A stretch of 64,000 nucleotides of DNA from Octopus vulgaris (taxonomy: Eukaryota): the NCBI GenBank assembly GCA_951406725.2, contig OX597822.1:58838001-58902000 (forward strand), given 5' to 3'. A program made the position numbers and the translations under genes. Under the pieces are notes generated by a model, which had not been told where the DNA came from, ran no database searches, and saw only the letters and a list, made by a program, of their open reading frames with translations. This document shows positions 13,322 through 27,369 of this stretch, one piece after another. Every line of letters begins with the position of its first letter. Position 1 is the first letter of the stretch.

Positions 13322-14989
13322 TGTCACTGCATCAATAAGACTGTAGGTTGTTGTTACATAGCGCTGGTCACCATCCAATTCCTCGCATTGTTTTAACTTT
13401 CGAACGATGCCACTCAGCTGGTTAGGCGTACAGGTCAACATTGCTCCAGAACGGGACGTCAGTCTGTCACCTTTGCTGTTGAGTGAACTGGAGCAACGTG
13501 AAATGAAGCTGTTTGCTCAAGAGTACAACGGAAATCCTCTTTAGGGTAGTGAATAAAGTTGAGAAGTAGCGTAAAATATAAGCTGATAACGATGTTGTAG
13601 CCAAAGCAATCTGAAATAGAGTAAAACAGAAAAAAAAAAATCACAAAATGAACATATTAAAACTGACAGATCAAATGAATATTTATGAAATCTGAAAGTA
13701 AAAATAACTAAATTAGAACACAATAGACCTGATATTCCTGTTGAGATCTCAAAGTAAAAACATTCTGTAGTGGAAATCAGTTGCCCACTTGACGTCAACG
13801 TTGTAAGCAAAAGTACAATAGAAAGAAGATATCTATCGATCATTGGTAAGTAATCTGCAAATCAAGTCCTCAAAGTACACTTTCAGCATCATGCCAGAAT
13901 ATGCACAAACTTGCGTAGATCAAAATATGGCTGAATTTTGATTTTTGGCTAAAGAATGTGATTCCACAATGCTTATACTATAGATCATGATATCTAGGAC
14001 AATACAAATCTTTAAGACCTTCTTCAAATTTAAAGAATGACTAGTTGTGAAAAGGATGGTGAAAGGACAAGACTCTTTAGTTTTTAATGGATTTTTTTTC
14101 CTTATAAGCTCATCATCGAAGAAGATGACCACTCAAAATAAAATCGAAAGTTTCAGTTAGAAAAAGAAAAGCAAATACGCATACGCTCGCACATACATGC
14201 ATGCATGCATACATACATACATACATACATACATACATACATACATACATACAAACATACATACATACATACATACATACATACATACATACATACATAC
14301 ATACATACATACATTTAAAAATAACATCTCAATGAATCTACAGAACAGATACCGATGCCTATATGTTGGATATTTTGGGATATAGGAAAAAATTGTCCCA
14401 AATATGTTTAAAACCCTTGAGATTCCGAGGACAATAGAAAGGTCTCACAGAAACAGTGGCACTAACTTGGTTCGCAGAAGAAAAAGGGTGGGAGGAAAAT
14501 GGCATAAGAATGGTGTAGATTGCCTTTAAGTGTCGTAGCATCTGTTAAACAACAGCAGCGAAAAGAATTCTTCAACCAAGTATGCAAAAGCCAAGCGAAC
14601 CACAGCCCTTTTTTTATTTACTGCAGTTAAAGGAATTAGTTGGTCCCATGTCTTTGCAGGTCCTCCTAAACCGCTGAGATTGATGCCTTTAAATTTCCAT
14701 TTAAATTGTTGCAAGTCAATATCTGAAAGAATGAGATGAAGAAGGAAGAGGTTCTAGCAATTTGATGTTCTAGGGGAGGGGAAGAGGTGGAGATATTTGT
14801 TAGAGAGGGGCCTGAGGACTGGACGAAACAAAGATGACAAGAAGCAGAGAGACGAGTTGGAAGAGAGCCTCAAGACCAGTCAGCTCTAAGGAATAGAAAT
14901 CATTGAAGTAACAATGTCATGTTTGTACCGAACTGATGCTTTTATTGAGGTGTATGCACGTATGCATGTACGTACGTACGTTCGTACGT

Positions 14990-16134
14990 AAGTATGTATG
15001 TATGTATGTATGTATGTATGTATGTTTGTATGTATGTATGTATGTATGTATGTATGTATGCATACATGCATGTATGTATGTATGTATGTATGTATGTATG
15101 TATGTATGTATGTATGTATGTATGTATGTATGTATGTATGTATGTATGTATGTATGTATGTATGTATGTATGTATGTATGTATGTATGTATGTATGTATG
15201 TATGTATGTATGTATGTATGTATGCATGTATGTATGTATGTATGTATGTATGTATGTATGTATGTATGTATGTATGTTTGTATGTATGTATGTATGTATG
15301 TATGTATGTATGTATGTATGTATGTATGTATGTATGTATGCATGCATGCATGTATGTATGTATGTATGTATGTATGTATGTATGTATGTATGTATGTATG
15401 TATGTATGTTTGTATGTATGTATGTATGTATGTATGTATGTATGTATGTATGTATGCATGCATGTATGTATGTATGTATGTATGTATGTATGTATGCTTG
15501 AACATATGTATTTGTGTATGCACGTATGTATTTATGCATGTATGTATGTAAGTTTGAATGTATGTATGGATGTATACATATATGTATACATGAATGTGCA
15601 TAAATATCTTTCGCCGAGTTACATCGGCATTGGACGTAAACTTTTAAAGAAATAGCTGAAAAACCTCTGCTCTTCGAACGAAATCTCTTACGTATTTGTT
15701 CTGCACCGAATTGCAGACACTCCTCTGTGACGTCACCATTGCAAATCCAGTGAATCAATTACTGGACATTAGAAACCTGCAACTAGCGACGCTATAAATC
15801 ACCAGTTGTCATATTCACAAATCGTCCACAGATAAAAAAGAAGAAAAATATGTATGTTTGCATTCATGTACGATTGTAGGTATGAAGGTAGTTATGTATG
15901 TATGTATGTATGTATGTATGTATGTATGTATGTATGTATGTATGTATGTATGTATGTATGTATGTATGTATGTATGTATGTATGTATGTATGTATGTATG
16001 TATGTATGTATGTATGTATGTATGTATGTATGTATGTATGTATGTATGCATGCATGTATGTATGTATGTATGTATGTATGTATGTATGTATGTATGTATG
16101 TATGTATGTATGTATGTGTGTGTGTATGTATGTA

Positions 16135-16167
<33 letters not shown>

Positions 16168-16345
16168 ATGTATGTATGTATGTGTGTATGTGTGTATGTA
16201 TGTATGTATGTATGTATGTATGTATGAATGTATGTATGTATGTATGTGTGTATGTGTGTATGCATGTACGTATGTATGCATGCATGCATGCATGTATGTA
16301 TGTATGTATGTATGTATGTATGTGTGTATGTATGTATGTATGCAT
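14990..16345. repeat. Two long (TATG)n arrays (about 14990-15500 and 15895-16345)
   Basis: Tetranucleotide arrays with TTTG and CATG variants. They are the source of the spurious YIHT/MYVC ORFs. Confidence 0.95.
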
Positions 16346-17020
16346 ATATGTTTGTATGGATAAACGCATTTATGTATGCATTCGTGTATGCCTATATGTA
16401 TTCTATGTATGAATGCGTATGTGCTCGTGTAGTTATGCATGTATGCATGTATGCGTGTATATATGAACGTTGTGTGCGTATACATGCAGAAGATTACATA
16501 TGTAGTTATGCATATAATATGCCTGGATGTCTCTATTATGTATGTGTACGTATGTATGATCTCTATGTATTCATGTATGGATTATGATGAATGGATGTGT
16601 ATGGATGGGTGGATGTATGCATCTATGTATAGATGTAAGATTAACCACTTTCTGATTGAACTTCTAGTGTTTATTTTGAGCGGTTGCTTGCTCGGTAGCA
16701 AGGTTATTTTTAAATGACTTAGAGGACGGTGGTCGGGACGTGGGGAGGGAAACCACGATTCACAAGCTGTTACAGCCCGGAAACTCGGTCCAAATGCTTG
16801 CAACAGAATAACTCTACTAAATGCACTTGAAGGCTAGGTGGCGGAGTTAAACATGGTTGGCGAAATATGCATGAATGTATAATGTATAAATATATGTACG
16901 TGTGTGCGTAAATAGGCTATACATCTTTCTGATTGATTATGAATAAATGTTTCGGCCTCTTCAAACTCTTTGTCACAACTATTTACCCATAGAAACTCTT
17001 GTAGATTTTTATTGAGCTTG

Positions 17021-17115
<95 letters not shown>

Positions 17116-17178
17116 CACACACGTACACGCACACACACACACACACACATACACACACACACATATATATATGTATGT

Positions 17179-17480
17179 ATACCAGGGAGTGCTGAAAAGT
17201 TCCTGGTTTTGGGTAAAAGAAAATACAAGAGGATCAATTGATTATGATTTTATTGAACATATTCCCCTCTCAGATTTACACATTTATTGTAACGGTTCCT
17301 CAAATTTTCTAAGTCCTTGATACACACACACACACACACACATATATGTATGTATGTATGTATGTATACCAGGGAGTGCTGAAAAGTTCCTGGTTTTGGG
17401 TAAAAGAAAATACAAGAGGATCAATTGATTATGATTTTATTGAACATATTCCCCTCTCAGATTTACACATTTATTGTAAT
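17179..17480. mobile_element. Tandemly duplicated fragment of a mariner-derived MITE
   Basis: An identical ~110-bp block (taccagggagtgctgaaaagttcctgg...) occurs at 17179 and about 17367. Same family as 56951-57290. Confidence 0.7.
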
Positions 17481-17744
17481 CTTTTAGTTTGGAGGGAAGG
17501 TAGTGCCGATGATCCTTTTCCGACCCTCTAAGTCTGGTGAGTGGGAACGAGTAAGGTCTACTACCAAGTAGGTCATAGCGGGATTTGAAACCAGAAGATC
17601 AAGACCAGAAACATATACAAGGCTTCCGCTCCGACAGTACCGTTCAGGCATTGTACCTATAGTAGAAACAATTATTACAGTACCGTCAATCCACTGCGTT
17701 TGATTAGACTTTTTTCTCGACTCTGATCTGCAAGGTAGACTGTC

Positions 17745-18953
17745 ACCAGGGCCCCTCTCTCAGTGTAAGTCATCGCTCCTACTTATTTCACTCCTTTCTC
17801 TGCCGCATTTCGATCTGGTCGTTGCACTGTTGTGACACCTGTCTCATCACAGTTGTAGATGTCATGTCCCTCAAACTTATAATGGTCCAGCACCTCTATC
17901 AGATTACCGAAAAACTTAGTTCGATTGAAGCTTGTTGCCCTACTCAGACTTGTGGCTTCTGGGGTTCGGATGGAGAGGCTGGAATTCCGCTTCATAAACT
18001 TTCAGAACCAGGCAACACCAGCGCATTCATTGGTAGCCCAGGAATGTGGACACTTGATTTCACTGGCCTTCGCATAGTCGTAAGCAAGGCTTCGAATGTC
18101 AGGAGTCAGACCATAGTAAATTTTAGCAGCTTTAAGGATGTAGGTCACAAGCAAATCTTCTTGCCCCTTGGTAAAAACTGCAAGCATATCCAACACTGGC
18201 TATTTTCCCCTCTGTCCTTAGTTTCTTGCAGTATCTCTGCAGCGTCATGAAATTCACCTGAAGATATAAAGAAGTTGAAGGTTTATTTTTTGGTACAGCT
18301 GACGTTCTGTTAACATCTTAAAAGGTTAGCGTAAGGGATACCGGTAACTTCATATCTAATGAGTTTGAAACCTACCTCGAAATCTTTGGTAACATCCCGT
18401 AATGATTTCTTTTCATCTACAACTTTTTTGGCGGCTCTTTCCATAACATCAGGAAGGGTATCCCCTCCCCCACTTGTAGTCTTCCTTTTGTTAATTTCTA
18501 GGCATGGCGTGTTAAACTGAAATAGAAAGGGTAAGTTGTTACGCGCCTGGGGTAAGTTGATACACTGTAACAATTAGCCCCGACCATGGATTTCTGCGGA
18601 TTACCCCGTACACAGCACCGGCAATGCATGGCATCCAGGACACACTTTCATGTATCGAAGGCAACTTCCAACACTTCCTAATGAGCCACAAACTACTTCA
18701 GTAACACCACTTGTGCTTTATTAGTTAAGGAAATAACTTTGTGGCAAAATTTCACTTTTGGAGTAAAAAATCGTTTTTTGAGCCATAACTTTCCTGTTGA
18801 AAGCCCGTCAGTACAATACACATATGCAGTCATGATGCTATGGAGTTGGCCTTCACGCAGTAGAGACCCGAGTGCCACCTATTTCTTGAAGCTGGAAACA
18901 ATGGGCTTGTTACAATTTACCCGTGTAACAACTAGACCCGGTCTCCCCTACTG
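17745..18953 (-). mobile_element. pogo-superfamily DNA transposon, 5' half, decayed
   Basis: Terminal CAGTAGGGGAGACCGG at 18953. Split ORFs carry a CENP-B-type HTH (YYGLTPDIRSLAYDYA...AGVAWF) and IYNCDETG with the first catalytic D. Confidence 0.8.
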
Positions 18954-19079
18954 CTTGCTTATCCACTTAAGTCCTTCGTTCCTTTTGGAATATAATCCAG
19001 CGACAATTTTTTGCTACTGTTCTCGACTCAGTATTGCCTTTTTTTGTTTTATTTTCCAGTTAGATCGTTGCATTTCCAG

Positions 19080-19378
19080 TTCTGTTTCCATCTTCCTTTC
19101 GGATTTTACAGCATCGTGTAATATGTTTACCTAATGAAAGGTCTTCATTCTCCAGATCGTGTTGGTGTTGAATTGTCATCGATGCTTCTGTAACTTTACT
19201 TTTTCTAGGCAAAGGTGGTGGCCTTACTCAAATCTATTTTTACCTCTTGGAAGAGCTGGTCCATATTAATCTGGCCTCTATATTTTGACCTGTCCAGCAT
19301 GGAAAATTTTACCTGGAGCTTGAACTTCGCTGGCGAAGCTCACGGGGTTATTGAGACATGCAAGCCACCACACTGCAA
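19080..19378 (-). mobile_element. Possible RTE LINE 5' UTR remnant
   Basis: The reverse strand gtggtggcttgcatgtctcaat...gagct...catgctggacaggtc resembles BovB-type RTE leaders (recalled, not aligned). Confidence 0.35.
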
Positions 19379-20365
19379 CAAGGACTGGACTATTTCCTAG
19401 ATTGGTATTGCTTCTATAACGTAAATAAATTAATATCTAATGTAAATAGATACGGGAGATAGAGGAGACAACAATGAGAATAACACGTATATCAAAATCA
19501 TTTGATACTGTTACAAAGAAGAATATGTTTATGTTAATCACAACTAAATTGCTTAAATGTATCCAGAGAGAAGAAACCAGCCAAAAAACATAAATACAGA
19601 GATATAAACAAGTATTTAAGTAATGCGATAGATAATCACCATTTTGAACAAAAATTTAATTTCTTCAAACCAGTTGTTCATAATCTGAATTTTAATATCT
19701 CGATGTCTTTTGTTGATTTACTTCTGTTTTTAGTTGTAATTTTTGAGCTCTTGATAAATCTTAAAATAAAATATTTAAAATAAATTTAGTTTCAGTTTAT
19801 AATTTATATAACTATCCTGCTCCGACAACACATCCTGCCTTGAGAGACAGAATTCGTTATCATTGTTTTAAGGTTTACTTGTACGGCTTCACCACTGCGC
19901 TGCCAACATTCAACGTTGGTCACTTTCATTCATTTATAATTCAGGGCTACCTTAGCGCTCTTATATAATATGTAGCGAGCTTTAATGACGGCTTTCTACT
20001 TTGTTATTAAACTGATTATAGCTAAAACCTCGAACTAATCTATACATACATTCCCGGCATGCATTTCTTCAAAAGATCAAAAATACTCAAATATGTTGCC
20101 TCTCGTTACAATATAAACTTACGAAGCATATACTCGTATATTTGTAATCCAATATCTCGCTTCCATACACACAGATATGTACTCAGGCCCACATTTGTAC
20201 GTTTGCATATATGCACTTGTCCACACACTTTATACATGCATGCATATATATATATATATGCATATAGACACTTAGTTAATACACACCTGCATATAGGCAT
20301 ACCTGCTTATAAAGACATACATATGCATATACATACATACATACATACATACATACATACATACA

Positions 20366-20399
<34 letters not shown>

Positions 20400-20400
20400 A

Positions 20401-20643
20401 ATGCGCCCTTTTTAAAGCCTAGCCAGGTTCACGGGCCCTGTTTCCCGGTTTCAATGGCACATGTGTTCCCCAGCTGGACGGGACGCCAGTCCATCGCAGC
20501 GTTACTCATTTTTGCCAGCTGAGTGGACTGGAGCAACGTGAAATGAAGTGTTTTGCTCAAGAACACAACGCGTTGCCCGGTCCAGGAATCGAAACCATAA
20601 TCTTACGATCATGATGCTGACACCCTAACCACTAAGCCACGCG

Positions 20644-20647
<4 letters not shown>
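20401..20647 (-). mobile_element. SINE family C (tRNA head, V-domain-like GCGATGGACTGGCGTCCCGTCCAG)
   Basis: A box TGGCTTAGTGG and B box GTTTCGATTCC. A second full copy lies at 48584-48827 and a fragment near 13385-13530. Confidence 0.85.
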
Positions 20648-20729
<82 letters not shown>

Positions 20730-22608
20730 ATACATACATAAACACATTTTCACATTCACACCTATACGCACGTAGATGCAGGACAAGATTAAGGTTAATT
20801 GATGCCTTAAGCGCAACCTAGTAATGGCTCCCCAACAACTCATTCGTTATCTCATAACTAAAAACATAATTAACACATAATTGCCGAATGTGAAATAATA
20901 AATGAAACAATTTGTTCCCCAACCACCATTGGCCATTTCCAAGACCAGAGGTCCAAGTATATTAGATTTAAATTGTTATTTAATTTTATTTACTTAACAC
21001 TAAATTATAGCAAACAGTATGAACATATAGTTGTTAACTTATAACTTGGGTACTAGGGAAAATGCAAATATTTCAATACTTTTTCCTTTATTTCTTTTTG
21101 TTTTTAAACATATTCTGTTGTGTCTGGGGAGAGTCGTTTTATTTTTGTGGCTTATAATATAACACACTCACCAGTAAAATCTCCACTTTTTTCTAATTTT
21201 TATTTTCCTAAAATTTTCCTTGCGTCTTGCAACCTTTTCAATAGTTTTGACTCTGTCCGTTATTTACACTGCGCTCCCTTTTGTTTGTTTGTGCGCATGA
21301 GCGGGGGTCAGTGTTTGTGTGTGTGTGCCTATACATGCATGTATGTACGTATGTATGTATGTGTGTGTTTGCATGTGTATGTATGTATATATGTGTGTGT
21401 ATGTATATGTATATATATATATGTATGTGTATGTGCATCTGTATGTACCTATCCTGCATATTTATGTGCATGCATGTCCGTGTTTGTGCATTTCCTATGT
21501 GTGTGTGTGTGTGAGCATGTGCTTGTATATGTATGCACCTCTGTCTCCTTGTTTGTGCATGTCTGTGTGTGTGTGTGTGTGTTATGCAACTATGTACCAT
21601 GTTTGTATGTATGGATGTGCATCTTTATATGTGTGGATCCGTGTCACCATATGTGTCTGTTCTTATAGCCTATGTACCTATCCGTCTGTATGTTGATCTG
21701 TTTATTTATTTATTCATATATTTATTTATTTTTCTATCTATGGCTTACATACAGGAAAAAGGGGGGGGCATACACACACATACATACATTTATCTACCTA
21801 ACAGTCCACTAACTATTCTACTCTACCAGTGTAAACTGTGGGTATGGAGGTATGGTATTTACTATGTATATTTCCTATTTAGTATTAGGGAGGTTTCATT
21901 TATAAGAACATACTCCCGTGTTTGTCTGAGTGTTGGGTCTTTTGAGTGCTTGGATAAGATGCGGATGTCAAATTGACCCAAGTTACTTCCATGGTGGTCT
22001 TTGGCATGTTGGTAGAGTATGGAGGACTGTTTTCTGTCGTCATATTGTCTTTTTTGTTAATTTATTCCTTCCGCAATGTTCCTAGACGTCTCCCCTATGT
22101 ACGTCATGTTCATGTCCTTACAAGCACCTTCTATGCATCTTATGTCCTTACAAGCACCTTCTATGCATCTTATGCTGTGAACTACATTTATGATTTAATC
22201 TTTAGCTCCATAGTAAATCTGGTACTAGAAAGAACACTCGTTCTGAGGCATCCCTCTTCACAGTTGTTTTTGCTACAAGATGCAATGCATTCATCGTTGT
22301 GTGCTTGTGTATGACCCCATTACTTTATCGGGACCTTAAATATGAAGTGTTCTCCATTCTGGGCACTTCATTTTTGAAGCTCCAGCGAACTCTGAGTGCA
22401 TTGTAACTGTTAGCAGAAAAAGCCATAAACTAAGGAAGTTCTTGACATATAATTTCTTTATGCGTTGTCATTTATTCAAATTCTTATTACTTCTCTGTAT
22501 TCGACAAACGCTTTTTTTCTAAAGTATATATATATGTATATTGAGTTCTAACAGCAGGTTATTAGTATCGCCATGCTTAAGCGAAATAATATTAATATAT
22601 ATATAGTA

Positions 22609-22645
<37 letters not shown>

Positions 22646-22680
22646 ATATATATATATATATATTGTATGTATGCAAAACA

Positions 22681-23053
22681 TGTTGAGTGTTTTTGAGCCA
22701 CTTCTTCACTGCAGTTTCCACTTCCTCGTTACTGGAATAATGTTTACCTCTCAAACTTTCTTTCATGGGGCCGAAAAGATGATAGTCTGAAGGCGCTAAA
22801 TTGTTCCAGTGACGAGGAAGTGAAAACTGTAGTGAAGTGGCTCAAAGAACAGTCAACAGAATTTTACGCGGCAGGGATACATGTTCTCATTCGAAGGTGG
22901 AACATTGCTATTGAGAGAAACGGTGACTATGTTGAGAAGTAGGGATGTGATCCACATAGGACTAGCTTCATTTTGATGTATGATACATGTTCCTGAGTTG
23001 GTAATTATACCTGTCCTAAACAAAATGGCATTACTTTTTGGCTCACCCTCGTA
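22681..23053 (+). mobile_element. Mariner 3' end with inverted duplication
   Basis: The plus strand encodes SSDEEVKTVVKWLKEQSTEFYAAGIHVLIRRWNIAIERNGDYVEK* and ends ...caccctcgTA. 22681-22800 is the upstream segment (LAPSDYHLFGPMKE) on the opposite strand. Confidence 0.8.
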
Positions 23054-23409
23054 TATATAAAACATTAAAGAGCATCAAATTCACAAGTCTCATAGAGTCT
23101 GTAAAGGTCATGGGTACTGTTGTCCTTCAACCAGATTCAACTATATATCTTTTACACGTTTCAGTCATTAGATTGCAGCCATGCTGGGGCACTGCCTTGA
23201 ATTTTAGTCAAACAAATCTAATATATAGCCTATTTTTTAATAAAGCCTAGTACTTATTCTATCGGACTCTTTTGACCGTTAACTTACGGGGACGTAAACA
23301 CACCAACACCGGTTATCAAGCGGTAGTGAGAGTCAAACACTGGCACAAAGACACGCATACACACTCACTCACACATACACACACATACGTACGTACATAT
23401 ATACCATGT

Positions 23410-24366
23410 CCATGTTTTTCTAATGCTCGTTTGTATAATCAGCCGAAATTTTTCGAATGTCCTGTCCGTGTTTACATAGTTATTATGTTGTATTTTTCTA
23501 CATACCTTAACATATATTCCAGGCGCCACGTACCCTCTTAACATTAATGTGAGCTCATATTCTTAATAACTGGTACGACTCTTTGTTTGTCTCTCTCTCT
23601 CTCACTTTTACTTGATCTGTCCCCTTCTCTCTCTACTCATCCTCTTTTTCTCTTCTCTTTCCTCTGATTCTTTGGTCTAATCTTCCACTACCCTCCTATT
23701 TCTTTGTCTCGCTCTGCACTCACAGGTCGCTCTTCGACACCCATCCCTTCTCCTCTCTGATTCCTTCTTTCTCTCTCTTCTCTCTCTTTGTTGCGTTTGT
23801 CCCTCCTCTCTCTCTCTCCTCTCTCTCTCTCTCTTCCGTTGCTTCTCTTTCTTTTCTTTTCTCTCTTCTCTGTCACGTGACTGCCGGCCGAAATCTGCCT
23901 TTCAGCTTCTGACCAGCGTCGTGTTAACATCGTTGTTTTTCGTCCGCCGCTATAGGCATCGCCGATAAGGCTCCTTTCCTTGCGCCAGAGAAAAAATTTG
24001 TTTGCTTGTTATCAGTCGTAAGACACTTGTTGTTGTTTTCACCGTTAATGCTTCTGTATTTCATGTTTCTGTATTCCATTATTTTTTTGTTTTTTATATT
24101 CGTCCCTTTTGCTGTCCTGGTGTCCGTATGCATTCGATCCTTCTTCCAGGAAATCTACGCTCCCAGCTTAGTTTTTCTAATGCTCGTTGCTTAGTTTTTC
24201 TTGGAGGGCTGGCCGTGATCTAGTAATCTCAAGATTAATCAGCCGAAATTACTACGATGATCCGGTTCTTGACTGAAGACTGAGGGTTTCGAATGTCCTG
24301 TCCGTGTTTATTGTATCGTTTTCTTGAGTTATACGTTCTTGTCCATGTTGTATTTTTCTACATATC

Positions 24367-24375
<9 letters not shown>
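23410..24375. mobile_element. Probable Penelope-like pLTR-type repeat with deleted partial duplicate
   Basis: 23410-23515 is a gapped copy of 24170-24375, and a related fragment occurs inverted near 25600-25690. Family assignment is inferred. Confidence 0.4.
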
Positions 24376-24410
<35 letters not shown>

Positions 24411-24411
<1 letters not shown>

Positions 24412-25154
24412 GAAAGAAGGTTCGAAAATGCAATTTCAAAAGATGTTTATTTACTTTACCGGTTTCACTCTTTGGAAAAAGATTGTCAAAAGTAACATGT
24501 AGAAGTTTGGTTGCGTTAATTATTGGTTGTTACAAAGAATTCTTTTACGTTAACATGGTGGACAGGTCAGTTTTAGCTTCCCTACTATTATAATGTAAAC
24601 CTTTTTGAACTCATAATATTCTGTGTATACCAATATTCCACTGAACTTTTTAATAATTCCTTCTGGAAATTATCTTGAGAATGTATAATATATTTGTTGT
24701 AATCTTTTGTGCCCAATATTTCAATGAACTTGTAAAACTTTTTTATGTTCTCAGCATGCTCTTGTCACCAAAGAATGTATATATATGTATTGTAGTACTC
24801 TGTGTCAACAAATATTCTGTGCGTGTTTGAATATACAGATACAATACCAATACCAATATCCCAGTGAACTTTTTAATAATTCCTCCTGGAAACTATCTTA
24901 AACATGTTCCTGAGAATGATCATTCATGTTGTAATCTTTTGTGCCCAATATTTTAAGGAACTTGTTAAACTTTTTTATGTCCTTAACATGTCCTTGTTAC
25001 CAAAGACTGTATATATGTAAAGTAGCAATTTGTAACAACCAATAATTAACGCAACCAAACTTCTACATGTTACTTTTGACAATCTTTTTCCAGAGAGTGA
25101 AACTGGTAACGTAAATAAACATCTTTTAAAATTGCATTTTCAAACCTTCTTTCG
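24411..25154. mobile_element. ~745-bp non-autonomous element with ~125-bp terminal inverted repeats
   Basis: 24411-24536 is nearly the reverse complement of 25029-25154. There is an internal ~225-bp tandem duplication and the flanks are TA-rich. Confidence 0.8.
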
Positions 25155-25193
25155 CATATAATTCCACTCGTGCGGTGCCCTACAACTCCACTT

Positions 25194-25308
<115 letters not shown>

Positions 25309-25526
25309 ACGAGCTTCTTTCAGTTTTCGTCTGTCAAATCCACTCACAAGGCTTGGGTCAGTCCGAGGCTATGGTAGAAAGACACTTGCCCAAGGTGCCA
25401 CCACGAAGTGGGACTGAATCCAGAAGCATGCGGTTGGGAAACAAACTTCTTACCATTCACCCACTCCAGCGCTTATATATACATACACACATACATACAT
25501 ACATGCATGCATATATATATACATAC

Positions 25527-25601
<75 letters not shown>

Positions 25602-25688
25602 TAAAAATACAAAATGGGACAAGAACGCAAAACATTCAAATAGACGATACAAACAACGGACAAAAAATTCGAAGCCTCTAATCTTCAG

Positions 25689-25723
<35 letters not shown>

Positions 25724-25923
25724 AAGCCCAGCGTATATACGTGTGTGTATGTGTGTGTGTGTCTGTACCCCCTCCATCGCTTGTCAACCGATGCTGGTGT
25801 GGTTACGTCTCCGTAACTTTGCGGTTCGGTAAAAGAATATTTTCATTGTAATCAAATGCAAAGGGCATTTTCCTTGTTTCTGCCTGTCTCCGTCTCTCTT
25901 GTTTATTCTTGTGGGTTCGAGGT

Positions 25924-25985
<62 letters not shown>

Positions 25986-26028
25986 TACATATATACATAT
26001 ACATATACATATTCATATACATACATAC

Positions 26029-26084
<56 letters not shown>

Positions 26085-26180
26085 ATGTGTATATGTATAT
26101 GTATATATATATATACATATACATATACATATACATACATACATATATATATGTATATATATATGTATGTATGTATATGA

Positions 26181-26214
<34 letters not shown>

Positions 26215-26253
26215 ATATACATATATATACATATACATGCTAATATATATATA

Positions 26254-26320
<67 letters not shown>

Positions 26321-26601
26321 CATATACATATATATATAACCAGGGGAGAATTCACAAAAAAAAAAAACAAAAGACGAAGACAGGTGGTGTAGACAACAAA
26401 CAGATGTATTTGTATAACGCTTGGGAAGTTAAAAAGTCTTTAACGTTTCGAGCCCACTCTCGATATATATATTTGTATAAAGGGAGAAAAAAATATATAT
26501 ATATAGTTAATCCAAACCAGAAAGCACAAAAAAGAACAACAACGCGAGGACGTGGAACAAATATAGTATTTTAGACGCTCAGGAAAGAAGGAAGAAGGAG
26601 G

Positions 26602-26636
26602 GTTTAACGTTTCGAGCGGAGCTCTTCGTCGGAAAC
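26602..26636 (-). ncRNA. Minimal type I hammerhead-like motif (U4C variant) in a probable Penelope-like repeat
   Basis: GTTT-CCGACGA-A-GAGC(TCC)GCTC-GAAA-CG-TT-AAAC, with palindromic loopless stem III AACGTT. A truncated sister copy lies near 26436-26462. Confidence 0.5.
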
Positions 26637-27147
26637 ATAGGAGAAGGGAAGACAGAGGAAAAAAAATCGCCAACGGTACACACGCGGTATATATGCAGAC
26701 ATAAGGGCATACACACACACACACAAACGCATAGATATTCATTATAAATCTTGAAATAAGTTGTCAATGCGTTATAAAGTTGATATTTTTTAACAAGGTG
26801 ATTCCCCACAACAGTACAATTGTTTCAGTAGGAATACAAGTCTATATTGAAAATAATTGCACTATTATAAAGCGTCACCTGGTTAACAAGATACGCACAC
26901 ACACACACACACACACACACACGCGCACGCACACATGCGTACATACGTACGCATGTATGTATGTGTGTATGTATATGAGTGTGTGTGCGTGTGTGTGTGT
27001 GTATGTGTATGTGTGTATGTATGTGTGCGTTTGTGTGTGTTTTGGTTTTGATCTATCACTTGAGGCGAGTTACGACTATCTTGTCAACAACAGCTGTTTG
27101 GTCAAGTAAGTTGGTAGGCAGCAGGTAATTAAAAATGTCAGCGGAGA

Positions 27148-27178
<31 letters not shown>

Positions 27179-27214
27179 CGTCTACCTACCTACCTACCTA
27201 CCTACCTACCTACC

Positions 27215-27247
<33 letters not shown>

Positions 27248-27294
27248 GTATTGTGTGGGTGTATGTGTGTGTGTATAGAGGGAGAGAGAGATAG

Positions 27295-27369
<75 letters not shown>

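Noticed and set aside
14350-14890. CR1/L2-like LINE remnant (similar weak signals at 54740-55080 and 55340-55730)
   Set aside because: Composition suggests old LINE debris, but I could not read a diagnostic motif.
14886-16587. Long ORFs of 140-290 aa (YIHT/MYVC repeats), and similar ORFs at 307-682, 3632-4023, 5604-6212 and 25070-26574
   Set aside because: They are translations of stop-free (TATG)n, (TA)n and (TG)n microsatellites, open in several frames on both strands.
24268-24300. Hammerhead in the 23.4-24.4 kb repeat (CTGAAGA...GAAT)
   Set aside because: No convincing stem II, GAAA or stem I.
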